A stretch of DNA of 64,000 nt from an uncultured Clostridia bacterium (GTDB lineage: Bacteria; Bacillota; Clostridia; Christensenellales; DTU072), in assembly GCA_944371785.1 (NCBI GenBank), contig CALVXZ010000002.1:3033-67032 (forward strand). The letters run 5' to 3'. Both the position numbers and the translations under genes were made by a program. The notes under the pieces were generated by a model, which made no database searches, was not told where the DNA came from, and worked only from the letters and a program-made list of their open reading frames with translations. Within the stretch, counting starts at the first letter, position 1. The number at the start of each line of letters is the position of its first letter. Positions 18,735 through 28,119 of the stretch are shown piece by piece.

Positions 18735-19990
18735 TATACTTTTACGATATTGGCGCCCAATGCGCCCAAAACCTCCTCCGGAGCTTCGTAACCCCGAGCG
18801 ATATGGCGGGCGTTTTCTATCACGGTAACTCCGGAAGCCTTCAAACCGGCGACCATCAACGCCGCTCCGCCGCGAAGATCCATGGCTTTCACTTCGGCTC
18901 CGCACAGGCGTTTTCCGTTCAATACCGCCACCCTGTCTTTTACTTTAACCGAAGCGCCCATTTTTGTCAACTCCGCAAGGTATTTAAATCGGGTTTCGAA
19001 AATATTTTCTATTATGACGGTGCTTCCGGAGGACGCCGCGGCAAGCGCGCCGAACGGCGCCTGCAGATCGGTAGGAAAGCCGGGATACGCCCCCGTTTCC
19101 ACGGAGCCTACGGCTTTCGGGTTGCCGGAAGAAGAAATCTTTATGCCTTTGTCGGAACAGATTATCTCCGCGCCGGTGTCTTTCAGCTTTGAGATCAGCG
19201 CGGTCAGCTGTTCGCCGTCTGCGCCTTCGAACATAACCTCTCCGCCGCAAAGCGTCACCGCCGTCATATATGTTCCCGCGACTATCCTGTCGAAATCTAC
19301 TGCGGTTTCCGCGCCGCGGAATTTGTCGGAGCCTTCGATCCTCACTATCGAAGTACCTGCCCCGGAGATGTGTCCGCCCATCAGATTGATCAGTTTCTGC
19401 AAAGCGGCGATCTCGGGTTCTCTTGCCGCGTTTTTTACGGTGGTGACCCCGGGAGTACCCGCCGCCAGCATCATCACGTTTTCGGTGGCTCCTACGCTGG
19501 GATAATCCAAATCGATATCGGCGGCGTGGGTATTCGAAGCGTCGCAGCGTATAAATCCGTATTTGTCGCGGATCTTGACCCCCATTTCGCGGAACGCTTT
19601 AAGATGCAGGTCTATTGGGCGCAGACCGATGTCGCATCCGCCTGGATACGCCACTGTCGCCTGTCTGACGCGGCTGAGGATGGCGCCCAGCATAAATACG
19701 GAGCTTCGCAGTTCCCCCGCGAGCGCCGAAGAAATTTCCGCCGAGTTCATGTATTCCATTTTGAGGCGGAGCTCCTTACCGCGGCGTTCGCTTTTACCGC
19801 CCAGCGATTCGAATATCCTCAGCATATTTTCGATATCCAGGATATCCGGGCAGTTTTTCAGCACCACCTCTCCGTCCGTCAGAGCCGCCGCGGCTATCAA
19901 CGGCAAAGCTCCGTTTTTTGAGCCCTGCACTTTTACTGCGCCTTTAAGTTCCGGCGCCCGATCGTCGTTGTTTATTATGTACTTGCTCAC
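18734..19990 (-). CDS. murA: UDP-N-acetylglucosamine 1-carboxyvinyltransferase (MurA)
   Basis: Contains VQGSKNGALPLIAAAAL and the active-site segment YPGGCDIGLRPIDLHLKAF. GTG start at 19990 (VSKYIINN...) overlaps the ftsW stop by 4 nt. Confidence 0.85.
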   Translation of the reverse strand: MSKYIINNDDRAPELKGAVKVQGSKNGALPLIAAAALTDGEVVLKNCPDILDIENMLRIFESLGGKSERRGKELRLKMEYMNSAEISSALAGELRSSVFMLGAILSRVRQATVAYPGGCDIGLRPIDLHLKAFREMGVKIRDKYGFIRCDASNTHAADIDLDYPSVGATENVMMLAAGTPGVTTVKNAAREPEIAALQKLINLMGGHISGAGTSIVRIEGSDKFRGAETAVDFDRIVAGTYMTAVTLCGGEVMFEGADGEQLTALISKLKDTGAEIICSDKGIKISSSGNPKAVGSVETGAYPGFPTDLQAPFGALAAASSGSTVIIENIFETRFKYLAELTKMGASVKVKDRVAVLNGKRLCGAEVKAMDLRGGAALMVAGLKASGVTVIENARHIARGYEAPEEVLGALGANIVKV

Positions 19991-21159
19991 AACACATTGT
20001 ATGAACGGTGAAAGAGTTTGTGACTTTTCGGTAATTTTACGGGATCTTCCGCCCGCGTGAAGCCTGCCGTCAGACCTGCGGCACTTAGAAACACCATAAG
20101 AGAACTGCCTCCGGCGGAAACGAACGGAAGCGGCAGTCCCGTCGGCGGCACCGATCCCGTGACCACCGCGATATTCAACAGAGCCTGTACGGCGATCATT
20201 ATCGTAAGTCCGAAAGCCGCCTGCCGCGAAAAAGCGTCCTTCCTTATAAACGCGGTCTTTATACCGGCGTATATAAAAACCAGGTACAACGCCATTACGA
20301 ACAGACATCCGATGACGCCCAATTCTTCGGCGATCACGGAAAAGATGAAATCAGATTCGGCAAAGGGCAGAAAAAGATATTTTTGTCTGCTGTTGAACAG
20401 TCCTACTCCGAACAAGCCGCCGTCCCCGATGGCGTAATAGGATTGTATCAGCTGATAGCCTTCGTCCTTCGGGTTCGCCCAAGGATCCAAAAACGCCAAC
20501 AGCCTGCGCACTCTGTACGGTTCGGCGATTATCAGTACGGGGATCAAACAAAGCGCGGCGACGGTAAGCGCGACGACGACCTTGTTATCCAGCCCCGCCG
20601 CCACCGTCACCAGCAAGACCGCGAAAGCTACCGCCAGAGTCACCGACATATTCGGCTCCGCCATTATCAGAGCGAGCACTACCGCGGCGGCTATAAAAGG
20701 CAGGATCAGATATTTGACCGATCTCGGAGGCTTTTCGGAATACATCTTCGCCAAAAACAGCATCAGCGAAAACTTGGCTATTTCAGAGGGCTGAAACGTA
20801 ATAAAACCCAGGTTTATCCACCTTGTGGCTCCGTAGCTGGTCTGCCCGAGCCCGGGAATGAAAACCGCCGCCAGCAATATCACAGACACCGCCAAAGCCC
20901 ACGTCGAAAGTTTTTTCAGCTTTTCGGAGGGGAATTTATACGCCGCGTACATCAAAAGCAGTCCGGGAACGAACCCCAACAACTGCTTTTTGACGTAAAA
21001 GAAAGCGTCGCCGTAATTTATCTTTGCGGAATAAGAGCTTGCCGAATAGATCATTATCAATCCCAATACCGACAAAGCTATGGCGGGGACGATAATCATC
21101 ATCCTCAGCTTTTTCAAAGCGCGCAGCTCCGATACGTTAAAACCGCCGTTGTCCGTCAT
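19987..21159 (-). CDS. ftsW: SEDS-family lipid II flippase/peptidoglycan polymerase FtsW/SpoVE
   Basis: 390 aa, about 10 TM helices, with conserved motifs such as LPFVSAGGSS. Confidence 0.85.
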   Translation of the reverse strand: MTDNGGFNVSELRALKKLRMMIIVPAIALSVLGLIMIYSASSYSAKINYGDAFFYVKKQLLGFVPGLLLMYAAYKFPSEKLKKLSTWALAVSVILLAAVFIPGLGQTSYGATRWINLGFITFQPSEIAKFSLMLFLAKMYSEKPPRSVKYLILPFIAAAVVLALIMAEPNMSVTLAVAFAVLLVTVAAGLDNKVVVALTVAALCLIPVLIIAEPYRVRRLLAFLDPWANPKDEGYQLIQSYYAIGDGGLFGVGLFNSRQKYLFLPFAESDFIFSVIAEELGVIGCLFVMALYLVFIYAGIKTAFIRKDAFSRQAAFGLTIMIAVQALLNIAVVTGSVPPTGLPLPFVSAGGSSLMVFLSAAGLTAGFTRAEDPVKLPKSHKLFHRSYNVL

Positions 21160-21163
21160 CTTT

Positions 21164-22435
21164 TTACTTTAACGAAGATATGAGGTTTTTGAAGCGTTCT
21201 CCCCTTTCCTTATATCCGGTATACCTGTCGAAGGAAGCGGATGCCGGGGAAAACAGGACTATGTCCGCGTCAGAATCGGCGGCTTCGATCACGGCGTCGC
21301 GCAAATCCTTTACCACCGATATGTCGTTGAAACCGACTTTCAAAGCCGAACCGTAAATCTTTTCCGCATTGGCTCCGGTCGCCGCAACGAATTTCAGTTT
21401 TTCCGGAGCGTCCAGGAAAAATTCGCAAAAATCTTCCTTTTTGTCGGAACCGCCCATTATCAAAGCGGTACTGCCTTCCATCGCGTTCAGTGCCGCCAGC
21501 GTCGCCGCCACGTTCGTGCCTTTGGAATCGTTGAAACAACGTTTGCCGCGGAATACTCCGACGTATTCTATGCGGTGCGGCAGAGGTCTGTATTCGCGCA
21601 CGAACTTTTTCAGAGCCTCCTTTCCGGCGCCCAGGCGCGCCGCGACGTCTATAGCGGTCATCATATTGAAACGGTTGAATTCTCCGCGGAGTCTGCTTTC
21701 TTTTACCGATATCAGCTGTTCGCCTTTCAGATAAAAAGCGTTGTTTTTTATGTAACAGTCGCCGACGGGCTCCGAACCGCTGACCCATATCACTTCCGAC
21801 GCAAGATGGGTTCCGAGCTCCCTTATCAACGGCTGGTCGTAATTCAGAACGGCTGCGTCGGAAGCCGTCTGTAACCTGAAAATTCTTTTCTTTGCCGCAA
21901 AGTAGCTTTCGAAATCGGGGTATCTGTCCATATGGTCGGGAGCGACGTTGGTCAGAACCGCGTAATCGGGTTTTAACGTGTAAGTGCGCTCCAATTGAAA
22001 AGAGGACGCTTCTATCACGTTGACGTCGTAATCGGCGCCGTCCAATATGACCTGCGAAACGGGATAACCTATGTTCCCCATCGTGCGGCAGGAAATTCCC
22101 GAAAGTTTCAGGATCTTGTCTATCATATCGCAAACAGTCGTCTTGCCGTTCGTACCGGTGACGACGACTTTTACGCCCTTTAAAAATTGTATTCCGAGTT
22201 CCAATTCGGAAACCACGCGTACGCCGCAGGCTTCGGCTTCCTTTATCAGCGGATGATCGTTGCCGATCGCCGGGCTGACGACGGCAAGAGAAAATTCCCC
22301 CGTCGGGCAATCGGGCGCCGAAGGGGCGATGGCGGGATCGTCGTCCACTCTTACGACTTCGTATCCCTGTTTTTCCAACAAAGCCGCCGCGGCAGTGCCG
22401 CTTAAACGCATTCCGATAACGATAGCTTTTTTCAT
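21164..22435 (-). CDS. murD: UDP-N-acetylmuramoylalanine--D-glutamate ligase (MurD)
   Basis: Contains VTGTNGKTT (P-loop) and the Mur ligase central and C-terminal domains. Start set to the ATG at 22435 (MKKAIVIG) with a GGGAAGG RBS. Confidence 0.85.
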   Translation of the reverse strand: MKKAIVIGMRLSGTAAAALLEKQGYEVVRVDDDPAIAPSAPDCPTGEFSLAVVSPAIGNDHPLIKEAEACGVRVVSELELGIQFLKGVKVVVTGTNGKTTVCDMIDKILKLSGISCRTMGNIGYPVSQVILDGADYDVNVIEASSFQLERTYTLKPDYAVLTNVAPDHMDRYPDFESYFAAKKRIFRLQTASDAAVLNYDQPLIRELGTHLASEVIWVSGSEPVGDCYIKNNAFYLKGEQLISVKESRLRGEFNRFNMMTAIDVAARLGAGKEALKKFVREYRPLPHRIEYVGVFRGKRCFNDSKGTNVAATLAALNAMEGSTALIMGGSDKKEDFCEFFLDAPEKLKFVAATGANAEKIYGSALKVGFNDISVVKDLRDAVIEAADSDADIVLFSPASASFDRYTGYKERGERFKNLISSLK

Positions 22436-22446
22436 TTTACCTTCCC

Positions 22447-23445
22447 TTACACCACGCAAAGAGCCACAAGCCCCGCTATGAACGTGACTATCATATAGCG
22501 CGCGGTAATTTTACTTTCGGGTACGCCCTTTAATTCCAAGTGGTGATGATACGGCGACATTAAAAACACGCGCTTCCCCCTCAGCTTAAACGAAACGACC
22601 TGTATAATTACCGATATGCAGCTGACAACGTACATTATGCCTATTACCGCGGCTATGAACGGATTTTTGGTAAACAAAGCCAGCGCCGCAAAGAAGGCTC
22701 CCAACGCCAAAGAGCCGGTATCCCCCATAAAGATCGAGGCTTTCGGCGCGTTGAACCACAAAAACGCCAACAGCCCGCCCAAAAGCGCGGCGGAAGCGTA
22801 AAACATCGAATTTATTTCGGCGGCGTAGCCGGACATTCCCAAAGCGTCCGCGCCGAACGCCGTTCCGACTAATATCAGCATAAAAAAGCCGACGTAAACG
22901 GTGCCCGTTCCGCCTGCCAGACCGTCCAATCCGTCGGTCAGATTGACGGCGTTGGACATTGCGACGAAAACCAGCGCGGCAAGCGGCACATACCACGCGC
23001 CGACGTCCCATTCGCCCAATCCGAAATTTAAAGATACCGCCGAACCGACGAACGGGCTTTTATAGGAAAACCAGGCGGCAAGAAAACCCGCCGCCAGCTG
23101 AAACAGGATCTTCTGCCAGGCGGAAAGACCCTTATTGCGTTTCAGTTTGATTTTAATGAAATCGTCCGTAAACCCTATAAGCCCGTAGCCCAGAAACACC
23201 AGCATCAGCATCCTGCCCAGCTCGTACGAGAAAACGCCGGCTAAGGCGGCGGCTGCCGTGGCGGAAAGAATGAAGATCAGACCTCCGAAAGTCGGAGTAC
23301 CCTCCTTGCCTTCGTGCTGTTTTACATAATTCAACAGCGTCTGGACCGCCCTGCCTCCGGCAAGTCTGACGATCAGAGGCGCGATCAGCATTGCGGCGGC
23401 AAACGATCCAATTCCCGTTATCAGTCCCGTCAAAAGCGCGCTCAC
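22447..23445 (-). CDS. mraY: Phospho-N-acetylmuramoyl-pentapeptide transferase (MraY)
   Basis: Contains GTPTFGGLIF, NAVNLTDGLDGLA, MGDTGSLALG and the HHHLE motif. Confidence 0.95.
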   Translation of the reverse strand: MSALLTGLITGIGSFAAAMLIAPLIVRLAGGRAVQTLLNYVKQHEGKEGTPTFGGLIFILSATAAAALAGVFSYELGRMLMLVFLGYGLIGFTDDFIKIKLKRNKGLSAWQKILFQLAAGFLAAWFSYKSPFVGSAVSLNFGLGEWDVGAWYVPLAALVFVAMSNAVNLTDGLDGLAGGTGTVYVGFFMLILVGTAFGADALGMSGYAAEINSMFYASAALLGGLLAFLWFNAPKASIFMGDTGSLALGAFFAALALFTKNPFIAAVIGIMYVVSCISVIIQVVSFKLRGKRVFLMSPYHHHLELKGVPESKITARYMIVTFIAGLVALCVV

Positions 23446-24896
23446 AGATTGTATCTCCTGAAAGATTCCAACACTTCGGCGCGGTCGGAATAACGCCGGC
23501 GTTCGCCTTTGACTTCGGTATAATTTTCCGCGCCTTTCCCGGAAACCACCACGACGTCGTTGTTTTTGGCGATCAAAAGCGCGTAAGTTATCGCTCCGGC
23601 GCGGTCGGGAATGACTATATAGTTACCGCGGTCTTCGATGCCCGATTCTATGTCGCGGATGATGTCGCGCGGATCTTCCGAACGCGGATTGTCCGAAGTT
23701 ATGACCGTAAAATCGGCTAATTCCGTCGAAATCTTTCCCATTTCCCTGCGTTTTCCCCTGTCGCGGTCGCCGCCGCAACCGAATACGGAGATGAGTTTTC
23801 CTCCTTTTCCGACAAGTTTCCCTGCCGCGTTCAGAAGGTTTATCAGCCCGTCGGGAGTATGCGCGTAATCGATAATTACGCGTTTTCCGGATTCCAGAAT
23901 GTTGAACCTGCCTTCGACTTCCGCCATATTCCTGAACGCGTCGGCTATGACGGCGGGTTTGATCCCCAAAAGCCTTGCCGCGGTAGTCGCCGCCAGCGCG
24001 TTATACAAGTTGAATTTCCCCACGAAAGGCGCTTCCAATTCGAAAATGTCGTCAAAACAGTTGACGATACATTTCAAACGCGAAGTATAATCGTAATCGA
24101 TCGCAAAAGTGTCGGAGGGGTTTTCGACGCCGTAGCTTGCGGAGGGTAGCCTCTCCGCCGCCAAAATTTCGCGTCCGGTTTCGTCGTCGGCGTTTACTAC
24201 CGCAAATTCGGCAAATTCCGGGGTAAAATAGCTGATCTTTGTGTTTTTATAGCTTTCCATTTCCCCGAAATAATCCAGGTGGTCGCGGCTTAGATTTGTA
24301 AACACGGCTACTTTTGCGCGTATCCCCGCCATTTTTTTCAAAGCTATCGCATGCGCGGAAACTTCCATCACAACGTATTTCGCGCCCGAAAGATCGGCAA
24401 GCTGTAACAGCCTGTGCAGTTCTATCGGGTCTGGAGTGGTCAGCCTGGAAGGATAACTGCGCCCTTGGATGCTGGCGCCCAACGTCCCGAACAAAGCCGT
24501 TCTTTCGCCGGCTTTTTGCAGTATCTCGGCTATCATATGCGCCGTTGTCGTCTTGCCGTTGGTGCCGACGACGGCGATGATATTCAGGTTTTTATACGAG
24601 TTATAATAAAAATTAGCCGCCATTTTCGCCATTGCTTCCCTGACGTCGCCTACGATTATTCCCGGAACGGCGGTTTTCAGTTCCGATTCCGAAACGTATA
24701 CCGCCGCGCCCGATCTTTCCGCGTCGGCGATATATGCGGCGCCGTCGGTAAGGCTGCCTTTCATTGCAAAAAACGCTGCTCCGGGACGGCAGTCCGCGGA
24801 ATTCAGACATAGCCCGGTGATATCGGTTTCTTCGATGTTTTCGGCGTTTTCCGTATAACGGCAGTCTATGCCCCGGGTCAGCTCCTTTATCAACAT
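23442..24896 (-). CDS. murE: UDP-MurNAc-L-Ala-D-Glu--2,6-diaminopimelate (or lysine) ligase (MurE)
   Basis: Contains VGTNGKTTT (P-loop), a DYAHTPD motif and the Mur ligase domains. Start set to the ATG at 24896 (MLIKELTRGI) with a GGAGGAG RBS. Confidence 0.85.
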   Translation of the reverse strand: MLIKELTRGIDCRYTENAENIEETDITGLCLNSADCRPGAAFFAMKGSLTDGAAYIADAERSGAAVYVSESELKTAVPGIIVGDVREAMAKMAANFYYNSYKNLNIIAVVGTNGKTTTAHMIAEILQKAGERTALFGTLGASIQGRSYPSRLTTPDPIELHRLLQLADLSGAKYVVMEVSAHAIALKKMAGIRAKVAVFTNLSRDHLDYFGEMESYKNTKISYFTPEFAEFAVVNADDETGREILAAERLPSASYGVENPSDTFAIDYDYTSRLKCIVNCFDDIFELEAPFVGKFNLYNALAATTAARLLGIKPAVIADAFRNMAEVEGRFNILESGKRVIIDYAHTPDGLINLLNAAGKLVGKGGKLISVFGCGGDRDRGKRREMGKISTELADFTVITSDNPRSEDPRDIIRDIESGIEDRGNYIVIPDRAGAITYALLIAKNNDVVVVSGKGAENYTEVKGERRRYSDRAEVLESFRRYNL

Positions 24897-24918
24897 ACTC
24901 TCCTCCAAAAGGGTATTT

Positions 24919-26604
24919 TTATGACGGATACCCCAGATATTCAAACATATTCAGATATATTTCCCCCACATACGGAGCCGCTACCACGCCGCCGTAATAT
25001 GCGCCTACGGGCTCGTCCACCATAAACAGCGCGATGTATTCGGGATCGTCCGCAGGCGCAAATCCGATGAAAGTCGAGATGTATTTGCCGCGCGCGATCT
25101 GTCCGTTTTCGTACTTCTGAGCCGTTCCCGTCTTGCCGCCTATACGGACTCCGTCCACGGCGGCGTTTTTACCGGAGCCTTCCAGGACCACGGCTTCCAG
25201 CATCCCTCTGAGGATCTCGGAGCTTTTTTCGCTGATGACCCGTTCTCCGCGAGGTTCTTCTCCCGTTAGTAGTATGCCGCTTTCGTCTTCGATTTTTGCA
25301 ACCAATTTCGGAGTAACTTTATAACCGCCGTTGACCGCCGCGGCAGCTGCGCAAAGCAGCTCTATCGGCGTCATTGCCACAGCCTGTCCGAACCCGATTC
25401 TGGCAAGGTCCACGTTCTTTACCGAAGATTGCGGTATCGTCAGTCCCGCGCCCTCGCCCGACATATCGATCCCCGTCTTTTCGGTGACTCCGAACGCCGC
25501 CAGACCCTCGTAAAATCTGTCGACCCCCAATTCCATAGCCGCCTGCATAAACACGCAGTTACACGAATTTTTGACTCCTTCCGCAAAGGTCTGACTGCCG
25601 TGCCCCTGCGGACGCCAACAGCGGATCTTTTGGTTGTCCACGCTCATCGATCCGCCGCAATAATAGCGTTTCGAATCGTTTACCAGACCGGCCTCTATCG
25701 CAAGCGCCGAAGTTATTATTTTAAAAGTGGAGCCCGGTTCGAACACGTCGGAGATGAGTTTCGGACGCGACATTTCCAACAACGTTTTTACGTCGTCCCT
25801 GGGAACTTCGTTAAGGTCGAAGGAGGGAGCCTGCGCCATGGCGAGTATATTCCCGGTATCGCATTCCATAACTATCGCGCCCACGGCTTTCGCCGAATGG
25901 TTCAGCATCGCCCTTTCGACGGCGTTTTCTACTATGCTTTGGACGTTTACGTCGATATTCAGATACATATCCGCGCCGGGAGTGCCTTCAGTATAATAGG
26001 TTTCACCCTCCGGCAGCTTCCTGCCTACAAGATCGGCGGCGGTCAGCACATATCCGTCCGTGCCCTGCAGGAATTTGTCGTAATACGCTTCCAATCCCGT
26101 CTGACCAACGACGTCGGAAGACGTAAATCCCAATACCTGGGTCAGAAAATCGCCGTACGGATACACGCGCTTTATGTCCTCCGACACATAAATTCCCGGC
26201 ACGCCGGAATCTACTATCTCCAACATCTTCTGTTTGTCGACTCCGCGCTTCAGTGTAATTTCGGAAGAACGCGAATCCAGCTTTCCTTTCAAAGTTTCGT
26301 AATCGAGTTCCAGCGTTTCGGAAAGTATTCTTGCCGCCTGTTCTTTCAAAGGTATCTCCACGGGGCGCGCGTACAGAGTGTATACGGTGGAAGAAGCCGC
26401 CAGGACGACGCCGTTTCTGTCCAAGATCGCGCCGCGCTCCGCCCTGATCGGCACGTCGCGGTACCATTGCTCCAACGCTTTTACGCGCAGATCGCCCGCG
26501 CGGACCGCACCGACGTATATCAGCTTTATCGCCACCGCGATAAATAAAAAGGTTATCAGCAGAAATATCGCCGATAACCTTCTCTTTTGTCTGTATGAAG
26601 TTAT
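24919..26604 (-). CDS. Class B penicillin-binding protein (FtsI/PBP2B/SpoVD-type transpeptidase)
   Basis: Dimerisation domain (RGAILDRNG) and transpeptidase motifs STFKI (SxxK) and KTGTA (KTG). The 5' end is extended beyond the ORF-track GTG (26535) to include the encoded membrane anchor RRLSAIFLLITFLFIAVAIKLIYV. The start codon is uncertain (see finding). Confidence 0.85.
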   Translation of the reverse strand: MTSYRQKRRLSAIFLLITFLFIAVAIKLIYVGAVRAGDLRVKALEQWYRDVPIRAERGAILDRNGVVLAASSTVYTLYARPVEIPLKEQAARILSETLELDYETLKGKLDSRSSEITLKRGVDKQKMLEIVDSGVPGIYVSEDIKRVYPYGDFLTQVLGFTSSDVVGQTGLEAYYDKFLQGTDGYVLTAADLVGRKLPEGETYYTEGTPGADMYLNIDVNVQSIVENAVERAMLNHSAKAVGAIVMECDTGNILAMAQAPSFDLNEVPRDDVKTLLEMSRPKLISDVFEPGSTFKIITSALAIEAGLVNDSKRYYCGGSMSVDNQKIRCWRPQGHGSQTFAEGVKNSCNCVFMQAAMELGVDRFYEGLAAFGVTEKTGIDMSGEGAGLTIPQSSVKNVDLARIGFGQAVAMTPIELLCAAAAAVNGGYKVTPKLVAKIEDESGILLTGEEPRGERVISEKSSEILRGMLEAVVLEGSGKNAAVDGVRIGGKTGTAQKYENGQIARGKYISTFIGFAPADDPEYIALFMVDEPVGAYYGGVVAAPYVGEIYLNMFEYLGYPS

Positions 26605-26634
26605 TTTCGTAGCACCCTCCCGGAGGGAAACCGC

Positions 26635-27153
26635 TTATTTGTTCGTGAACGCGTCCAAAAATTCGTCGAAAGAGTTGCTTTCTACGGATACGTCCTCGAT
26701 TTGCAAGGCTTCGATCTCCCCGCCCGTAGCCTTTGCCTCGGCGCTGACTTCGTCGCCGCCGGCATTGACCGCAATAATAATAGATGCCAGAGCCGCTACG
26801 ATAAGAACATATACCGCGGTAAAAATTTTGCCGGCTTTCGTCATCTTTTTAAAACCTCTCCTTACGGGAGCAGGATGCGAATCGGCATAACGACGCATAT
26901 AAAATTCTTCTTCCGTAACCATATTCTCGGGACGGTCACGGTTCAGCTGCTTTAACATATACTCGTGATAGTCGCCGCCGGTTTTATCGGATTCGGGTAA
27001 CCTTACTTCGCTGTTACGATACCCAAAATTGTCATTTTTTGTTTCGGAGGCGCGTTTTCCCAACATAAATCTGTCATAATCCGTCATCTCGCCGTGCGGA
27101 CATTCTATGACCGAAGCTTCCGATAATGAAATATCTCTTCTGAGTGTTACCAT
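26635..27153 (-). CDS. Bitopic membrane protein in the FtsL position of the dcw cluster
   Basis: 172 aa with a strong RBS (GAGGAGGAGG), a single TM (IFTAVYVLIVAALASIIIAV), a ~95-aa cytoplasmic part and an acidic ~45-aa exterior tail. It lies between rsmH and the PBP. No FtsL leucine-zipper is evident. Confidence 0.5.
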   Translation of the reverse strand: MVTLRRDISLSEASVIECPHGEMTDYDRFMLGKRASETKNDNFGYRNSEVRLPESDKTGGDYHEYMLKQLNRDRPENMVTEEEFYMRRYADSHPAPVRRGFKKMTKAGKIFTAVYVLIVAALASIIIAVNAGGDEVSAEAKATGGEIEALQIEDVSVESNSFDEFLDAFTNK

Positions 27154-27189
27154 TTTTGCCTCCTCCTCTATTTCCTGCGGGCGCTTATT

Positions 27190-28119
27190 TTACACCCGTT
27201 CGGCTATTCTTAATTTCGCGCTGGCAGCCCTGGGATTGGCTTTCAGTTCTTCCGCCCCCGCTACCAACGGTTTTTTTGTCAGTATTTCTATTTCCTTGCG
27301 TTTTCCGCATACGCATACCGGAATGTTCTTCGGGCACACGCAATCTTTTTCAAGTTCTCTGAATACGTTTTTAACGATCCTGTCTTCCAGCGAATGGAAG
27401 GTTATCACCGCTATCCTGCCGCCCTTTTTCAATCTGAGCGCCGCCGCTTCGATGGCTTCGGACAGCCCGGACAGTTCGCCGTTGACTTCTATCCTCAACG
27501 CCTGGAACACCCTCTTCGCCGGGTGCCCCGAACGGTAACGGGGATCCCTAGGATAATGGCGTTCTATTATCTTTACAAGTTCCGAAGTCCTTTCTATTGG
27601 CTTTGCCTTGCGGCTTTCGACGATATCTTTTGCTATCGAGTAAGCGGCTTTTTCCTCGCCGTATTCACGGAATATCCTGATAAGTTTTTCCAAGCCGTAA
27701 CCGTTCACCACGGCGTATGCGTCCAATGCGGCGGAGGTGTCCATCCTCATATCCAGCGGTGCGTCGTGCATATAGCTGAAACCGCGTTCCGGGTTATCGA
27801 TCTGCGGCGAAGAGATACCCAAATCGAAGATCACTCCGTCTATCTCTCCTATGCCGTATTCGTCCAGCACGGTCGGCATGTTTTTGAAATTATCGTTTAC
27901 AAGTTGCAATCTTTTTTCGCCGGGGAAGCGCGCCGCGGCGTTTTCCAACGCCTTTTCGTCCAGGTCGAAAGCTATCAGTTTCCCGTCGCCCAGCCTGTCC
28001 AATATCATCGACGTGTGTCCGCCTCCGCCCAACGTGGCGTCGACGTATATGCCTCCCGGTCGGACGTTCAATCCTTCTACGGCTTCTTCGGGCATTACGG
28101 GAATGTGTTTAAATTCCAT
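27190..28119 (-). CDS. rsmH: 16S rRNA (cytosine1402-N4)-methyltransferase RsmH (MraW)
   Basis: Contains HIPVMPEEAVEGL, DATLGGGGHT and the FHSLEDRIVK motif. Confidence 0.9.
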   Translation of the reverse strand: MEFKHIPVMPEEAVEGLNVRPGGIYVDATLGGGGHTSMILDRLGDGKLIAFDLDEKALENAAARFPGEKRLQLVNDNFKNMPTVLDEYGIGEIDGVIFDLGISSPQIDNPERGFSYMHDAPLDMRMDTSAALDAYAVVNGYGLEKLIRIFREYGEEKAAYSIAKDIVESRKAKPIERTSELVKIIERHYPRDPRYRSGHPAKRVFQALRIEVNGELSGLSEAIEAAALRLKKGGRIAVITFHSLEDRIVKNVFRELEKDCVCPKNIPVCVCGKRKEIEILTKKPLVAGAEELKANPRAASAKLRIAERV

